Source: Bacteroidota bacterium (GTDB taxonomy: Bacteria > Bacteroidota > Ignavibacteria > UBA10030). Taken from it: DNA of 64,000 nucleotides. The position numbers were made by a program, and so were the translations under genes. The stretch lies in contig JBEKAY010000014.1 of assembly GCA_050015675.1 (NCBI GenBank), forward strand, positions 5,604 through 69,603, written 5' to 3'. A model generated the notes under the pieces. That model saw only the letters and a program-made list of their open reading frames with translations, did no database searches and was not told where the DNA came from. Of this stretch, positions 36,918 to 47,600 are shown in pieces (positions within the stretch are counted from its first letter, which is position 1; each line of letters opens with the position of its first letter).

Positions 36918-38969
36918 ATGTACATCTCAAAAATTCAAATCGTGGGGTTTCGAAACTTCAGCAATTCAGAAGTACTCTTTAATGATGGAATAAATGTTAT
37001 CATCGGTCACAACAATGCTGGAAAGACCAATCTCCTGCGAGCAATGGCTCTGGTATTGGATACATCTTTCTCCACGAAGCGATTGGATGTGGATGACTTT
37101 TACAAAGTCGTTGAGTTGGCAAACCTCAAAAAAGTTCCCCCTTCAGTAATAATCTCGTTATTCTTTTCAGAGAGTGCAGGCGAAAACTTGAATGGAGATG
37201 ATCTCGTAACTGTTTCCAACTGGATAACGAGGCTTGAAAGTCCATATGAGGCTCGGTTAACGTATGAGTTTTTTCTACCAGAAAAGGAAAGGGGTAACTA
37301 CGAAAAGAGTTTGCTCGAAGTTAACAATCTCGAAAAGGCTTGGCGAATAATCAAACGAGACTTCATTCGCAAGTATATCTTTAAAATATTTTGTGGCGAC
37401 CCCCAGCTTCAGAATCAAGCTGACAGTGAAAGCCTTCAAAAATTCGATTTTCAATTCCTCAACGCGATTCGGGATGTTGAAAGAGATATGTTCACCGGGA
37501 AAAGCCCTGCGCTTAAGGAAGTGCTCCAATTCTTTATGGACTATGAAATCAAGAAGGATAAGAAAAAGACTGAAGAAGAACAGACGAAGGAGATCAAGAA
37601 AAGGCAAGAAACATTTGATGGGAAGGCTAAACCACTGCTTGAAGAGTTGCTCTTGAGAATTCACGAAGGAGAAAATGAGATTCTAGATTATGCCACTCAA
37701 ACAGGGGCTTCTTTCAATAATGCGAAGCCTACTTTTGAAGGAGCTATAACAGAGATAGAGCTACTATCAGCACTCCGGTTGATAATCGAGCACAATACTG
37801 GAATAAAGATTCCAGCCGCCACACACAATGGACTAGGCTATAATAATTTGATCTATATGTCTCTGTTGTTGGCAAAGCTTCAAACAAACACGGATGGAGA
37901 CTACTACGGCAGTAACGCAAAGGTCTATCCACTCCTGGTAATCGAAGAACCCGAAGCGCATCTACATCCATCCATGCAGTACAAACTTCTTAAGTTCCTC
38001 AGAGAGAACAGGAAAAAGAAAGTCCGACAGGTATTTGTAACTACCCACTCAACTCACATCACTGCTGCAGTTTCTCTAGACGAAATCGTTTGCCTTCACA
38101 ATGACAACAGCCAATTGAACATCGGTTATCCTGGAAAAGTGTTTGCAGACGATGAAGAAGGTAAGAAATCGAAAGAATACGTTGAGCGATTTCTCGATGC
38201 GACTAAATCGAACATTCTCTTTGCTCAACGAGTAATTCTTGTTGAAGGATTAACAGAGCAGATTCTAATGCCAACGATTGCTCGGCGTGTCGATAAGTCG
38301 AAACAACTCGAAGACCATCATATTGAAGTTTGTGCCATGGGAGGACGTTACTTCGACCATTTCCTAAAACTGTTCGACAGCACTAAACCAAATACCATAA
38401 AAAAGCGTGTCGCATGTATTACTGACAGAGATCCTGAGAGAAAAGAGATTCTAGGAGATTCTTATGAAAAGTGTTATCCATTTGAATTAGGAATTGCTCC
38501 CGAAGCTTATGAATTCAAGGATAATGCGTCAAGCAAGATAGCTCAGTATTCCTTACATCCTAATATCAGGTTTTTCAGCCAAGACATCGCGAAGGGCAAA
38601 ACTCTTGAATACGATTTGGCGTTCTATAACCCAGCTCTCGAATTACTTCTAACTGAATCGATCATCAATAGGAGCGAACTTCTTGCTTTGATGAAGGCTT
38701 ATAAAGATGGGAAAGAGTTTGCAGAAATGCCCCTTAGAGATACAAGTGAAAATAGTCGGATTAAAAATGGTCTCAGCTCCGGAACTTGTACATGGGATGA
38801 TAATGAGAAGAAGCGTGCAATCATAGCGGCTCGGTATCTCAACTCTGTTAGTAAAGGAGAGAATGCTCTGGAACTTTCCACAAAATTGGAAGAGGATCTT
38901 CAATCAAACTCTCCTGCATTTGTCGTTCCTCAATACCTCAAAGACGCACTCGAATGGTTATTCCAATAA
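36918..38969 (+). CDS. gajA: Gabija GajA: OLD-family ABC-ATPase plus Toprim endonuclease
   Basis: Walker A GHNNAGKTNLLRA, Walker B LLVIEEPEAHLHP, Toprim VILVEGLTEQ and CITDRD. Followed by an overlapping UvrD helicase gene. Confidence 0.8.
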   Translation: MYISKIQIVGFRNFSNSEVLFNDGINVIIGHNNAGKTNLLRAMALVLDTSFSTKRLDVDDFYKVVELANLKKVPPSVIISLFFSESAGENLNGDDLVTVSNWITRLESPYEARLTYEFFLPEKERGNYEKSLLEVNNLEKAWRIIKRDFIRKYIFKIFCGDPQLQNQADSESLQKFDFQFLNAIRDVERDMFTGKSPALKEVLQFFMDYEIKKDKKKTEEEQTKEIKKRQETFDGKAKPLLEELLLRIHEGENEILDYATQTGASFNNAKPTFEGAITEIELLSALRLIIEHNTGIKIPAATHNGLGYNNLIYMSLLLAKLQTNTDGDYYGSNAKVYPLLVIEEPEAHLHPSMQYKLLKFLRENRKKKVRQVFVTTHSTHITAAVSLDEIVCLHNDNSQLNIGYPGKVFADDEEGKKSKEYVERFLDATKSNILFAQRVILVEGLTEQILMPTIARRVDKSKQLEDHHIEVCAMGGRYFDHFLKLFDSTKPNTIKKRVACITDRDPERKEILGDSYEKCYPFELGIAPEAYEFKDNASSKIAQYSLHPNIRFFSQDIAKGKTLEYDLAFYNPALELLLTESIINRSELLALMKAYKDGKEFAEMPLRDTSENSRIKNGLSSGTCTWDDNEKKRAIIAARYLNSVSKGENALELSTKLEEDLQSNSPAFVVPQYLKDALEWLFQ

Positions 38970-40717
38970 CGATCACGGCTGAAGATAGGATCGCAGACAT
39001 TGAAAGTCATTTCAAGTTATCGGCTGGTCCTGGTGCCGGTAAAACTCGGTGGCTTACGAACCATATAAGACATGTCATTAAAAATTCTTTAAGGCTTGGA
39101 AATGCTCGTAAGATAGCATGTATTACATTTACTAATATTGCTGCAGATACTATCTTGCGCCGACTAGGCCCTCAAGTAGATCGCACTGAAGTATCAACGA
39201 TACATAGTTTCTTGTATCGTCACTTGATTAAACCTTTTGCCTTCCTCATCTCGAAGGAACACGAATTGAGAATAGACTTAATCGATGGTCACGATGATAT
39301 TGCTGTTAGCAAAGGAATGATATATGAGTGGAAAAAGGAAACAAATCAACTCTATATCACAGATGATCAAAGAATAGTTGAAGCACTAAGCGATCTGGCG
39401 TGGCAGTTTGATGAAAACGGATATCTCGTTGTAAAAACACGGAAAATCTTCAAAGCCAAAGTTGGCAAATACAGTATCAAGAATGACTCATACTTGCAGT
39501 ACAAGAAAATGTATTGGAGGAAAGGTTTATTAGCCCATGATGATGTGCTTTACTTCAGTCATTTTTTGATTGTCAACAATCCAAGATTATTAGATGTCAT
39601 CAGGGCAAAGTTCCCCTATTTGTTTATTGATGAATTCCAAGATACCAATCCAATTCAAACGTTCCTTCTGAAAAAAATCGCGGAAAAGGAATCAACCGTC
39701 GGAGTGATTGGAGATGTCGCACAATCAATCTATGGATTCCAAGGGGCAAAGCCAGAACAGTTTGTTGGGTTTTCACTGCCTGGACTGAAAGAATACACGA
39801 TTCTAGATAACCACAGAAGCACGAACAAAATAATCTCAGTCCTAAATGCAATAAGATCTGATCTTCGACAAAATGGAATACGAACCATCGAAGGTACAAC
39901 ACCCAAAATGCTGGTTGGAACAAAATTTTGGGCAATGGATGAAATTTTGAAGACAACGAAAACCTCTGTTTGCACTCTTTCTAGAGATAATATCACTTCC
40001 AATATGATGCGTGACAGAGTGCTTGAGTCAGCTTCCAAGATCAATTTGATTGAAGAATTGCGTGAGAAGGATAACACGACAAGGGCAAACGTTATCATTG
40101 CTTGCATTCGGGCTGTTGAACTTGCAAATCAAACTCGATACAAAGAAGCTTTAAAAGAGATTTCAAGGCAACTCAAATACTCTGATTCTGAAATTGATAT
40201 TCCAAAATCGGCACTGAAGATACTCCGAGTATTGCTTTCAAACCGCTCAGAATTCAGTACCAAGACGTTGCTGGATTTCCATTCCTTCGTATCAAGGGTT
40301 TTCCCGATCAAACTCGCAGGCTTCCGTAAGGGTACTGCCATGACATTCTACAGCAGCAATACTTATAACAAAGTCTCCTTGTCCGTTAATCTAAAAGAAG
40401 ATGATAGTCCACATCGGACAATTCACAAAGCTAAAGGCGCAGAATTCGATCACGTGCTTTTAGTACTTGATAGGAGAGACGAGCAAGAACACTTTCTCGA
40501 ATCTGATGAGCTGGGGTTCCTGCTCACCCCCATGCTTGATACTAACGAAGAACACAGGGTGCGATACGTTGGAATAAGTAGGGCTAGAGAGACGCTCGCG
40601 ATTAATGTTCCATCCCTCACTGCTGGAGCCGAAGCTAAGGCGAAATCAATGGGCTTTGAGATACTTAGGCAGATCGAAACAGAAGAGAGTGTTAACCGAC
40701 CCCCAACTCAAACCTAA
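38954..40717 (+). CDS. gajB: Gabija GajB: UvrD/PcrA-type SF1 helicase
   Basis: GPGAGKT, FIDEFQDTNPIQ, HKAKGAEFDHVLLV and YVGISRARETL. 16-nt overlap with gajA. Confidence 0.8.
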   Translation: MVIPITITAEDRIADIESHFKLSAGPGAGKTRWLTNHIRHVIKNSLRLGNARKIACITFTNIAADTILRRLGPQVDRTEVSTIHSFLYRHLIKPFAFLISKEHELRIDLIDGHDDIAVSKGMIYEWKKETNQLYITDDQRIVEALSDLAWQFDENGYLVVKTRKIFKAKVGKYSIKNDSYLQYKKMYWRKGLLAHDDVLYFSHFLIVNNPRLLDVIRAKFPYLFIDEFQDTNPIQTFLLKKIAEKESTVGVIGDVAQSIYGFQGAKPEQFVGFSLPGLKEYTILDNHRSTNKIISVLNAIRSDLRQNGIRTIEGTTPKMLVGTKFWAMDEILKTTKTSVCTLSRDNITSNMMRDRVLESASKINLIEELREKDNTTRANVIIACIRAVELANQTRYKEALKEISRQLKYSDSEIDIPKSALKILRVLLSNRSEFSTKTLLDFHSFVSRVFPIKLAGFRKGTAMTFYSSNTYNKVSLSVNLKEDDSPHRTIHKAKGAEFDHVLLVLDRRDEQEHFLESDELGFLLTPMLDTNEEHRVRYVGISRARETLAINVPSLTAGAEAKAKSMGFEILRQIETEESVNRPPTQT

Positions 40718-41022
40718 AGTCGACGCCCTCTGGAACCGCTTTTGGTCTGGTGGGATTGCAAATGGGTTTCAATCTTGGAATGAGAATATAAAAGATGACC
40801 AGACCATTGAACTCTTCGCAAATGAAAAAAGTACTCCTAGTTGGTAACGGAATTAATAGCGACACACCGGTCGATGTGGAAGAAAAAGTAAATCTTCCTT
40901 TCAATCACGTGTTCCGGCAATATGTTGATGCTTACAATAATGCATACGTTGCTACTGCATAGTCGACAATCGCTTGTTATTTCGCTTCAATAAATTTATC
41001 AATTATCAATGAGGATGTGACG

Positions 41023-41343
41023 ATGCCATATTTGATATTCATTGGAATAGACAACAAACACGGCGGGACAAATAGCTGTAAAGGGTATATGGTCCGGCGC
41101 ACAAGCAACAAAGTGACAGTTTACTATGGAGCTATTGATGCCATCATGAGGAAATATTATTGGGCTGGTCCAGGGTTACCGATGCTAACGATGTATCGGT
41201 GCCGTGACGAGAAATCAGCTCGCGCACTTGCCCGGAGACTGATCCAAGAACAACTTGTAGGCCGTCGCGGTGGCGGTTACAAACGGCTGGGGCCCGGGAA
41301 GCGAATTTTGAATTTTCGATACAGCCCAAAGAGGCGGATGTAA
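41023..41343 (+). CDS. Small hypothetical protein, possibly WGR-like
   Basis: NSCKGYMVRRTSNKVTVYYGAID....RCRDEKSARALARRLIQEQL....GYKRL loosely follows the WGR-domain pattern. The 3' half is locally GC-richer. Weak call. Confidence 0.3.
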   Translation: MPYLIFIGIDNKHGGTNSCKGYMVRRTSNKVTVYYGAIDAIMRKYYWAGPGLPMLTMYRCRDEKSARALARRLIQEQLVGRRGGGYKRLGPGKRILNFRYSPKRRM

Positions 41344-41513
41344 CCAATAGTCAGACACAGTTCATTGCGAATCCCGCATACTCTATTGTGCAAATGATCC
41401 CTGCGCTGTTAAATAATTAAGCGCTCGATATTCTAGGGACATTGCGATCGCGAAGAGGGAAAATTTAAAGATAAAAAGTAATCACCACTCCAAACAACGA
41501 AATATTATTACTA

Positions 41514-42764
41514 ATGGCCTCAATTTTCAATTGGCTTGATTATTCAGAACACGAACGTCGTAAGATGCTCGACGTTATCAATTTGTTTCACGAGCAGGAT
41601 ACTCGGGATGAGCTTGGTCTTGCAAACATTCGCGATACCTATGCGGACTTGCTCTTCCCCGGGACAGGAACGGTTCAAACTCGTGCAAAGTATTTTTTGT
41701 TCATTCCATGGATGTATAGCGAACTTGAGCGTAAACGAATCGGGTTTCGCGAGATAACGGCCGCTGCTCGTAAAAAAGAAATCGAACTCATAAATGTGCT
41801 GATTCGTTCTGATGAAAAAGATGGAATTATCGGGATTGAAGCTAGAGAGAATTTGCTACGACTGCCAAGCAACATCTACTGGCTTGGCCTTGGTGTTTGG
41901 GGCATACGCCTATTCGATGGATCTCAAGATCAATATCACCGCTCCTTGGATTCCTACTATAATATGCTCAACCAGAAGATCAAAAGAGAAGCCGACGACT
42001 CCGATGATTCGATAAGCAAACAGAATTGGAATCCTAACATTCCTTCCGTTCCGTCCTCTTTTCCTACAAAAACCTCGCTTAAGTTAAATCTGAAAGAGGC
42101 AAGATTTTTACAGGAACAAATACTGACTCAGATTCCTGGAACAATGCTGGCTGAGATGGTGGGCACCAAGAAGATTTATGATGGTGTTGACTTTCCTTGG
42201 GAATACCCTGGCAATGGATTGCTGTCCGCAACAACAAAAGAGATTTTGGTGCATGCTCGCAATTTCTCTGAACTGATGCACGGTGCACCATTGCTCTACA
42301 ACTTGATGCTTGCCGAAAAGGCGCAGAAAAATCGGGTTGCGATCAATCAAGAAAACAGATGGAGCGATCTAGTTCGAGATTATCAAGAAGCGGTTGCAGG
42401 ATGGTTCAAGGAAATTAAGGTGCGCAAAGAAATATTTGCTGGATGGGATCGGGAAGCATTCTGGCACATTGTCTTTAAAAACGGCATAAGAGTTTCGCCA
42501 AGAACAAGGCGTTTCATAGATACTTGGATTGACCTTGCGCTCTCTGAAAAAACTGCCGGAAAAATACTTGTGAATCAAATTGCGAGGAGGCTCGTTCAGG
42601 ATAGAGAGTCCGATATCAAGAAAGGTCAAGCCCGATTAAGCAATCTGCGCGCACTCGAGAAGTGGAATGGAGCAGCAGGGATAAGGCAGATGACTTACCG
42701 TTGGTCTAATGTCCAGATCATAGTCAAAGATATTCAGGCTGGATTGATTGGAAAGGATAAGTGA
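41514..42764 (+). CDS. Hypothetical protein, first gene of the PLD-helicase operon (DUF6361/ZacA-like?)
   Basis: N-terminal WLDYSEHERRKMLDVINLFHEQDTRDELGLANIRDTYADLLFPGTGTVQTRAKYFLFIPWMY. I tentatively recall this pattern from proteins encoded next to PLD plus helicase pairs. It overlaps the next gene. Confidence 0.45.
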   Translation: MASIFNWLDYSEHERRKMLDVINLFHEQDTRDELGLANIRDTYADLLFPGTGTVQTRAKYFLFIPWMYSELERKRIGFREITAAARKKEIELINVLIRSDEKDGIIGIEARENLLRLPSNIYWLGLGVWGIRLFDGSQDQYHRSLDSYYNMLNQKIKREADDSDDSISKQNWNPNIPSVPSSFPTKTSLKLNLKEARFLQEQILTQIPGTMLAEMVGTKKIYDGVDFPWEYPGNGLLSATTKEILVHARNFSELMHGAPLLYNLMLAEKAQKNRVAINQENRWSDLVRDYQEAVAGWFKEIKVRKEIFAGWDREAFWHIVFKNGIRVSPRTRRFIDTWIDLALSEKTAGKILVNQIARRLVQDRESDIKKGQARLSNLRALEKWNGAAGIRQMTYRWSNVQIIVKDIQAGLIGKDK

Positions 42765-44605
42765 TGCTGCGACCTCAAGAGAGAACCCATCTGATGGAAT
42801 CGCTTAGACCGCCATTTGACTACCGACTTGATCATTGCATAGGAACTACCTATTCGCTGGATCTTCTGTCCCTTCTTACAGTGCCCTTATCTTTTACATT
42901 CTTCGATTTCGAAGAACGTGACGGTAAACCTTGTGTGCAGCCAATTGCGCTTCTCGAAGCCGTTAGACAATATGCCGACAAAATTACAATTTTTTGCCAG
43001 GCAGGTAAGACGTACGCGCCCAAGACACATCAACTTCTTGACTGTTTCCTTGAGGGATCGGTCAGAATGGTGAAGGCAGATTCTCCAGAAGGAGTGTTTC
43101 ATCCTAAAGTCTGGATTCTCCGTTTTGTAGGTGATAACAAACCTGTGAAATATAGGATATTGTGCCTCAGTCGCAATTTGACCTTTGATCGATCTTGGGA
43201 TACAATTCTGTCCCTAGATGGTGAAGTAGTAGATAGACAAAATGCATTCTCAGCAAATCATCCACTTGGAAATTTCATCAAAGCTCTTCCGAGTTTGGAA
43301 ATTTACAGAACGCCAAATGATGTCAAGAAGAAGATCGATAATATTCAGAAAGAGATTCGGTTTGTAGAATTCACACCTCCGGAAGGATTTGAAAATACAA
43401 TTACGTTTCATCCAATCGGAATTGAGGGCTACCGTCGCTTTCACTTTCCGGACAGAAATGATCGTATGCTTATTATTTCTCCTTTTGTGAGTGATGGTAA
43501 GCTCAGGGATTTCATAGAAATGACTGACAGAATCTATCTCCTTTCACGCACTGAAAGTCTTGATGAATGCATACCACAGACCTTGAAGAAAATGAAGAAG
43601 CTTTACGTTCTGGATCCATCAGCTGAGCCGGAAGAAGAGGAGGGGAGTGACGAGGATTCGGTTGAACTGCAGGGGTTGCATGCAAAGACCTATGTGATTG
43701 AGCAAGGATCCTATTCGCAGGTTTATAGTGGATCTGCGAATGCAACGAATGCTGCTTTTGGATCCAATGTAGAGTTCTTAGTCGGACTTACAGGGAGAAC
43801 CAGATTTGTGGGGATCGATTCAATATTGGATCGAGTCAAAGGACAGACGAATTTAAGAGACCTGCTCAAGGATTACGACATCCTGGAATCTCCGGTCTCG
43901 AAAGACTGTCAAGAAAAGGATCTCGAAAAAATCGTCGATCAAGTCTGGCGAAACGTTATCGACTCTGAACCGATAATAATGATCGAACAAAAAGAAGAAG
44001 GTCTCACTTATTCCTTAACCCTGCAATCGAAGAAACCATTGAAACTGGATTCACCTGGACTCAGTTTGAAACTTCGCCCAATGTCTCTGATGGAAACTCA
44101 TGCTCTTGACATTCGCCCTTGCCCAAAAATTGATGTCACATTTGAGACAATATCATTTGAAGCATTAACCAGTTTTATCGTTTTCGAAGCCACGATCAAG
44201 AAAAAGCTGAAATCCGTACGCAAGCAATTCGTCTTAAACCTGCCAACTTCAGGAATGCCTGAAGATAGAAGGGCAAGAGTAATGCGTTCACTTCTAAAAG
44301 ATAAGGACAATGTTCTTAGGTTGATTATGATGATCCTCGATAGTGGCGATCCGACAATTACGAGAGGGCAGGCATTGAGCATCAGAAGTCTCTTCACGCA
44401 GAATGGCCAGCGTTCTTTGTTCAGCGAGCGAACCCTGTTCGAGTCGCTCCTAAGGGTACTCAGCAAAGACCCTGCGCGGATTGATCAGGTTCAACAGATA
44501 GTCGATGAATTGAGGAAGAACCCTGAGGGGACATCGCTTCTTCCCGAGAGATTCGATGAAATCTGGAATCCCATTATTGAGGCCAGGAGAATGCAGAAAA
44601 TTTGA
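42761..44605 (+). CDS. PLD-superfamily nuclease (two HKD-like motifs)
   Basis: First motif FHPKVWILRF. Second motif GLHAKTYVIEQGS...YSGSANATNAAFG. Confidence 0.75.
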   Translation: MMLRPQERTHLMESLRPPFDYRLDHCIGTTYSLDLLSLLTVPLSFTFFDFEERDGKPCVQPIALLEAVRQYADKITIFCQAGKTYAPKTHQLLDCFLEGSVRMVKADSPEGVFHPKVWILRFVGDNKPVKYRILCLSRNLTFDRSWDTILSLDGEVVDRQNAFSANHPLGNFIKALPSLEIYRTPNDVKKKIDNIQKEIRFVEFTPPEGFENTITFHPIGIEGYRRFHFPDRNDRMLIISPFVSDGKLRDFIEMTDRIYLLSRTESLDECIPQTLKKMKKLYVLDPSAEPEEEEGSDEDSVELQGLHAKTYVIEQGSYSQVYSGSANATNAAFGSNVEFLVGLTGRTRFVGIDSILDRVKGQTNLRDLLKDYDILESPVSKDCQEKDLEKIVDQVWRNVIDSEPIIMIEQKEEGLTYSLTLQSKKPLKLDSPGLSLKLRPMSLMETHALDIRPCPKIDVTFETISFEALTSFIVFEATIKKKLKSVRKQFVLNLPTSGMPEDRRARVMRSLLKDKDNVLRLIMMILDSGDPTITRGQALSIRSLFTQNGQRSLFSERTLFESLLRVLSKDPARIDQVQQIVDELRKNPEGTSLLPERFDEIWNPIIEARRMQKI

Positions 44606-47600
44606 AAAATAAACACAACCGCCCTGACATAGAAAAGGTGCTATCGACTCTCAAGGATTTTCAACTTGAGACGGTCGATTATGTATTCAGGAGAATGTAT
44701 AAGGACGAAGACTATACCCGCAGATTCTTGATTGCTGACGAGGTTGGACTGGGCAAAACTCTTGTCGCACGAGGTGTTATTGCAAAGGCTATTGATCACC
44801 TTTGGGACAAAGTCCGCAGGATTGATATCGTCTATATATGTTCGAACGCTGACATCGCACGCCAAAATATTAATCGTCTCAATATCACAGATACCGATGA
44901 ATGTGAGATTGCGTCACGCATTACGCTGCTACCAATTCAGTATTCATCACTTAAGGAAAACGCAATAAATCTTGTGTCGTTTACTCCTGGCACCTCGTTT
45001 GACCAAAAATCAAACTTAGGTGTAAGACTCGAACGTGCTCTGCTCTACTGGATGCTGAAAGATGCATGGAACATCACCGGGAAGGGTCCGCTGAATGTAT
45101 TACAGGGCAACGTCCGAAATTATAAACGTTTCAGAAAGGAAGTGTACCAATTCAAACACGAATATGAAATCGATAAAAACATCAAGAAAGAATTTGCCAG
45201 AGTTCTTAATAGCCCCGAACAAAATCAGCTCAAGGAAAGATTTGAGAAAATCTGTTGTGACTTCAGAAATCCACGAGCGGTAGTTCCATATACTGAACGT
45301 GAAGAAAGGAATGATGTCATTGGAAACCTCAGAGCACTTCTCGCACGCACGTGCCTTCAACATCTAGAGCCTGATCTAATAATCTTGGACGAATTTCAAC
45401 GATTCAAACATCTTCTTGACACGACGACAGAGGCGGGTCAGCTTGCGCATAAGTTGTTTGATTATTCAGATGAGCATTCTGAAGCGCGCGTGATCATGCT
45501 TTCGGCCACACCGTATAAAATGTATACGCTCAGCGCAATGGAAGAGACGGAAAACCACTATGAAGATTTCCTGAATACATATCAATTCCTTACCAACAAT
45601 GATGCAAAAAAAGGTGCGTCATTTGATGGACAGCTTTTGGATTACCGCGAGAAGCTTCTCACATTTAATACAGAGAATGTCTCACCAATCGTCCAGGCAA
45701 AGAACTTAATAGAAACTGCTCTAAAAAAGGTGATGGTGAGAACAGAGCGTCTGGCGATTACAGAAAACCGCAATGGAATGCTGGTCGAAAAGCCTTCTGA
45801 GGGATTTTCGGTTGAAGCAGGTGATATCCTTTCTTACGTAGCCGTAGAGAAAATTGCTAAAGCACTTGAGGAAAATGACGTACTCGAATACTGGAAATCT
45901 GCACCATACCTCTTCAACTTCATGGATGATTATTCAGTAAAACAGAAGTTAAAAGATGCACTGAAAGATCGTGTACTGCGAAACCGTGTAGTGAAGTTGT
46001 TCAGTCAGAACCCGGTTCTTAAGCTCTTACCCGAGGAAATCAAAAACTATAAGAAGATTGATCCCCAAAATGCCCGGCTGAGATCACTCCTGAACGATGT
46101 TTCTTCAAGCGGTGTCTGGAAGCTCCTTTGGATTCCACCATCCTTACCATACTATCAATTGGGCGAAACATTCCAGACAGTTTCGGAGAAGGGTTTTACG
46201 AAGCGCTTGGTATTTTCTGCGTGGAAGCTTGTGCCAAAAGTTATCGCTACACTTGTTAGCTATGAAGTTGAACGGTTGATTTCACTCGGTTTTGAAGAAT
46301 CATCTCTAAACACGAAGGATGTAAGAGACAAAAGGGGGCAATTACTGAGATTCGCTCGAACTTCAGGCCGTTTAACTGGAATGCCGGTAGTGGGACTAAT
46401 CTATCCAGCTATGGTTCTCGCTTCTGAATGTGATCCTTTGAAGTACTACAAGCAATACGCATCTCAAGCCAATTCTCCTTCATTGGAGGGTGTGTTGTCT
46501 TGGGTGATTGGGCAAATCAAGAATCTCCTGGAAAAGCTTGCACCTGGCAATAAGTCCGGTGGCCAAGTAGATGAACGTTGGTACTGGGCAGCTCCAATTC
46601 TCTTTGATCTCCAGCAGAACAAAAAAACTGATGCGAAGCAGTGGCTTTGTAACGATAATCTAGCGGCCGTTTGGTCTGGAGGTCTTGACAATAATGATGA
46701 GCAAAGTGCCTGGGCTGATCATGTCGATGAAGTAAAGAAGCTGGTACATGAATATGATCACAACCAAATGCCACTTGGTAGAATGCCGAATGATTTGCCG
46801 ACAGTTTTGGCAAAGATTGCACTTGCCTCGCCTGGCGTATGCGCACTACGTGCAATGTCAAGGTCGATGGATGAGGCTATCGCAATGCGTCAACTTGAGG
46901 TCAAAAATGCTTCCGCTTCCACTGCGTGGTCTTTTCTGACTTTATTCAATTCATATGAAGCCACATCTCTTATCAGAAGCATTGACAAAAGAGAACCGTA
47001 TTGGGAACGAGTTCTTGACTATTCAATGAATGGGTGCCTGCAGTCTGTTCTTGATGAGTTTTTTCATATGTTGCTTGAATCAGAGGGTCTATCAAACAAA
47101 CCAATTGAAGTGATCGCAAAAGGTATTGCAGAAGCGGTTCATTCCGCTATAACTTTGAGAACTGCTCGACTTTATGTGGACGACATATCTGATATTCAAG
47201 GAAGTACACTTGAGCGAATCGAAAATTTTGGAAGAGCAAGATTTGCATTGCGCTTTGACAATGAAGACTCGGATTCATCAACAGAGCCAACACGTGCAGA
47301 TCAAGTACGTGATGCATTCAATTCCCCGTTTTGGCCATTCGTTCTTGCAACTACATCAGTTGGGCAAGAAGGGCTTGATTTCCATCCCTACTGTCACGCA
47401 GTTGTCCATTGGAACCTTCCTTCAAATCCTGTTGATCTTGAACAAAGGGAAGGACGTGTTCACCGCTACAAGGGTCATGCAGTCAGAAAGAACATAGCTG
47501 TTAAATTTGGCGATGAAGTGCTAAGGAAGAATGTGAATGACATTTGGAATTCTCTTTTCCAATTAGCAAAAGATCAGCGTCCAAAGGGGAAATCAGACCT

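Noticed and set aside
40822-40962. 46-codon ORF MKKVLLVGNGINSD... as an AbiH- or SIR2-like defence gene
   Set aside because: It is too short and the resemblance rests on a single G-N-G motif. It is treated only as a possible relic.
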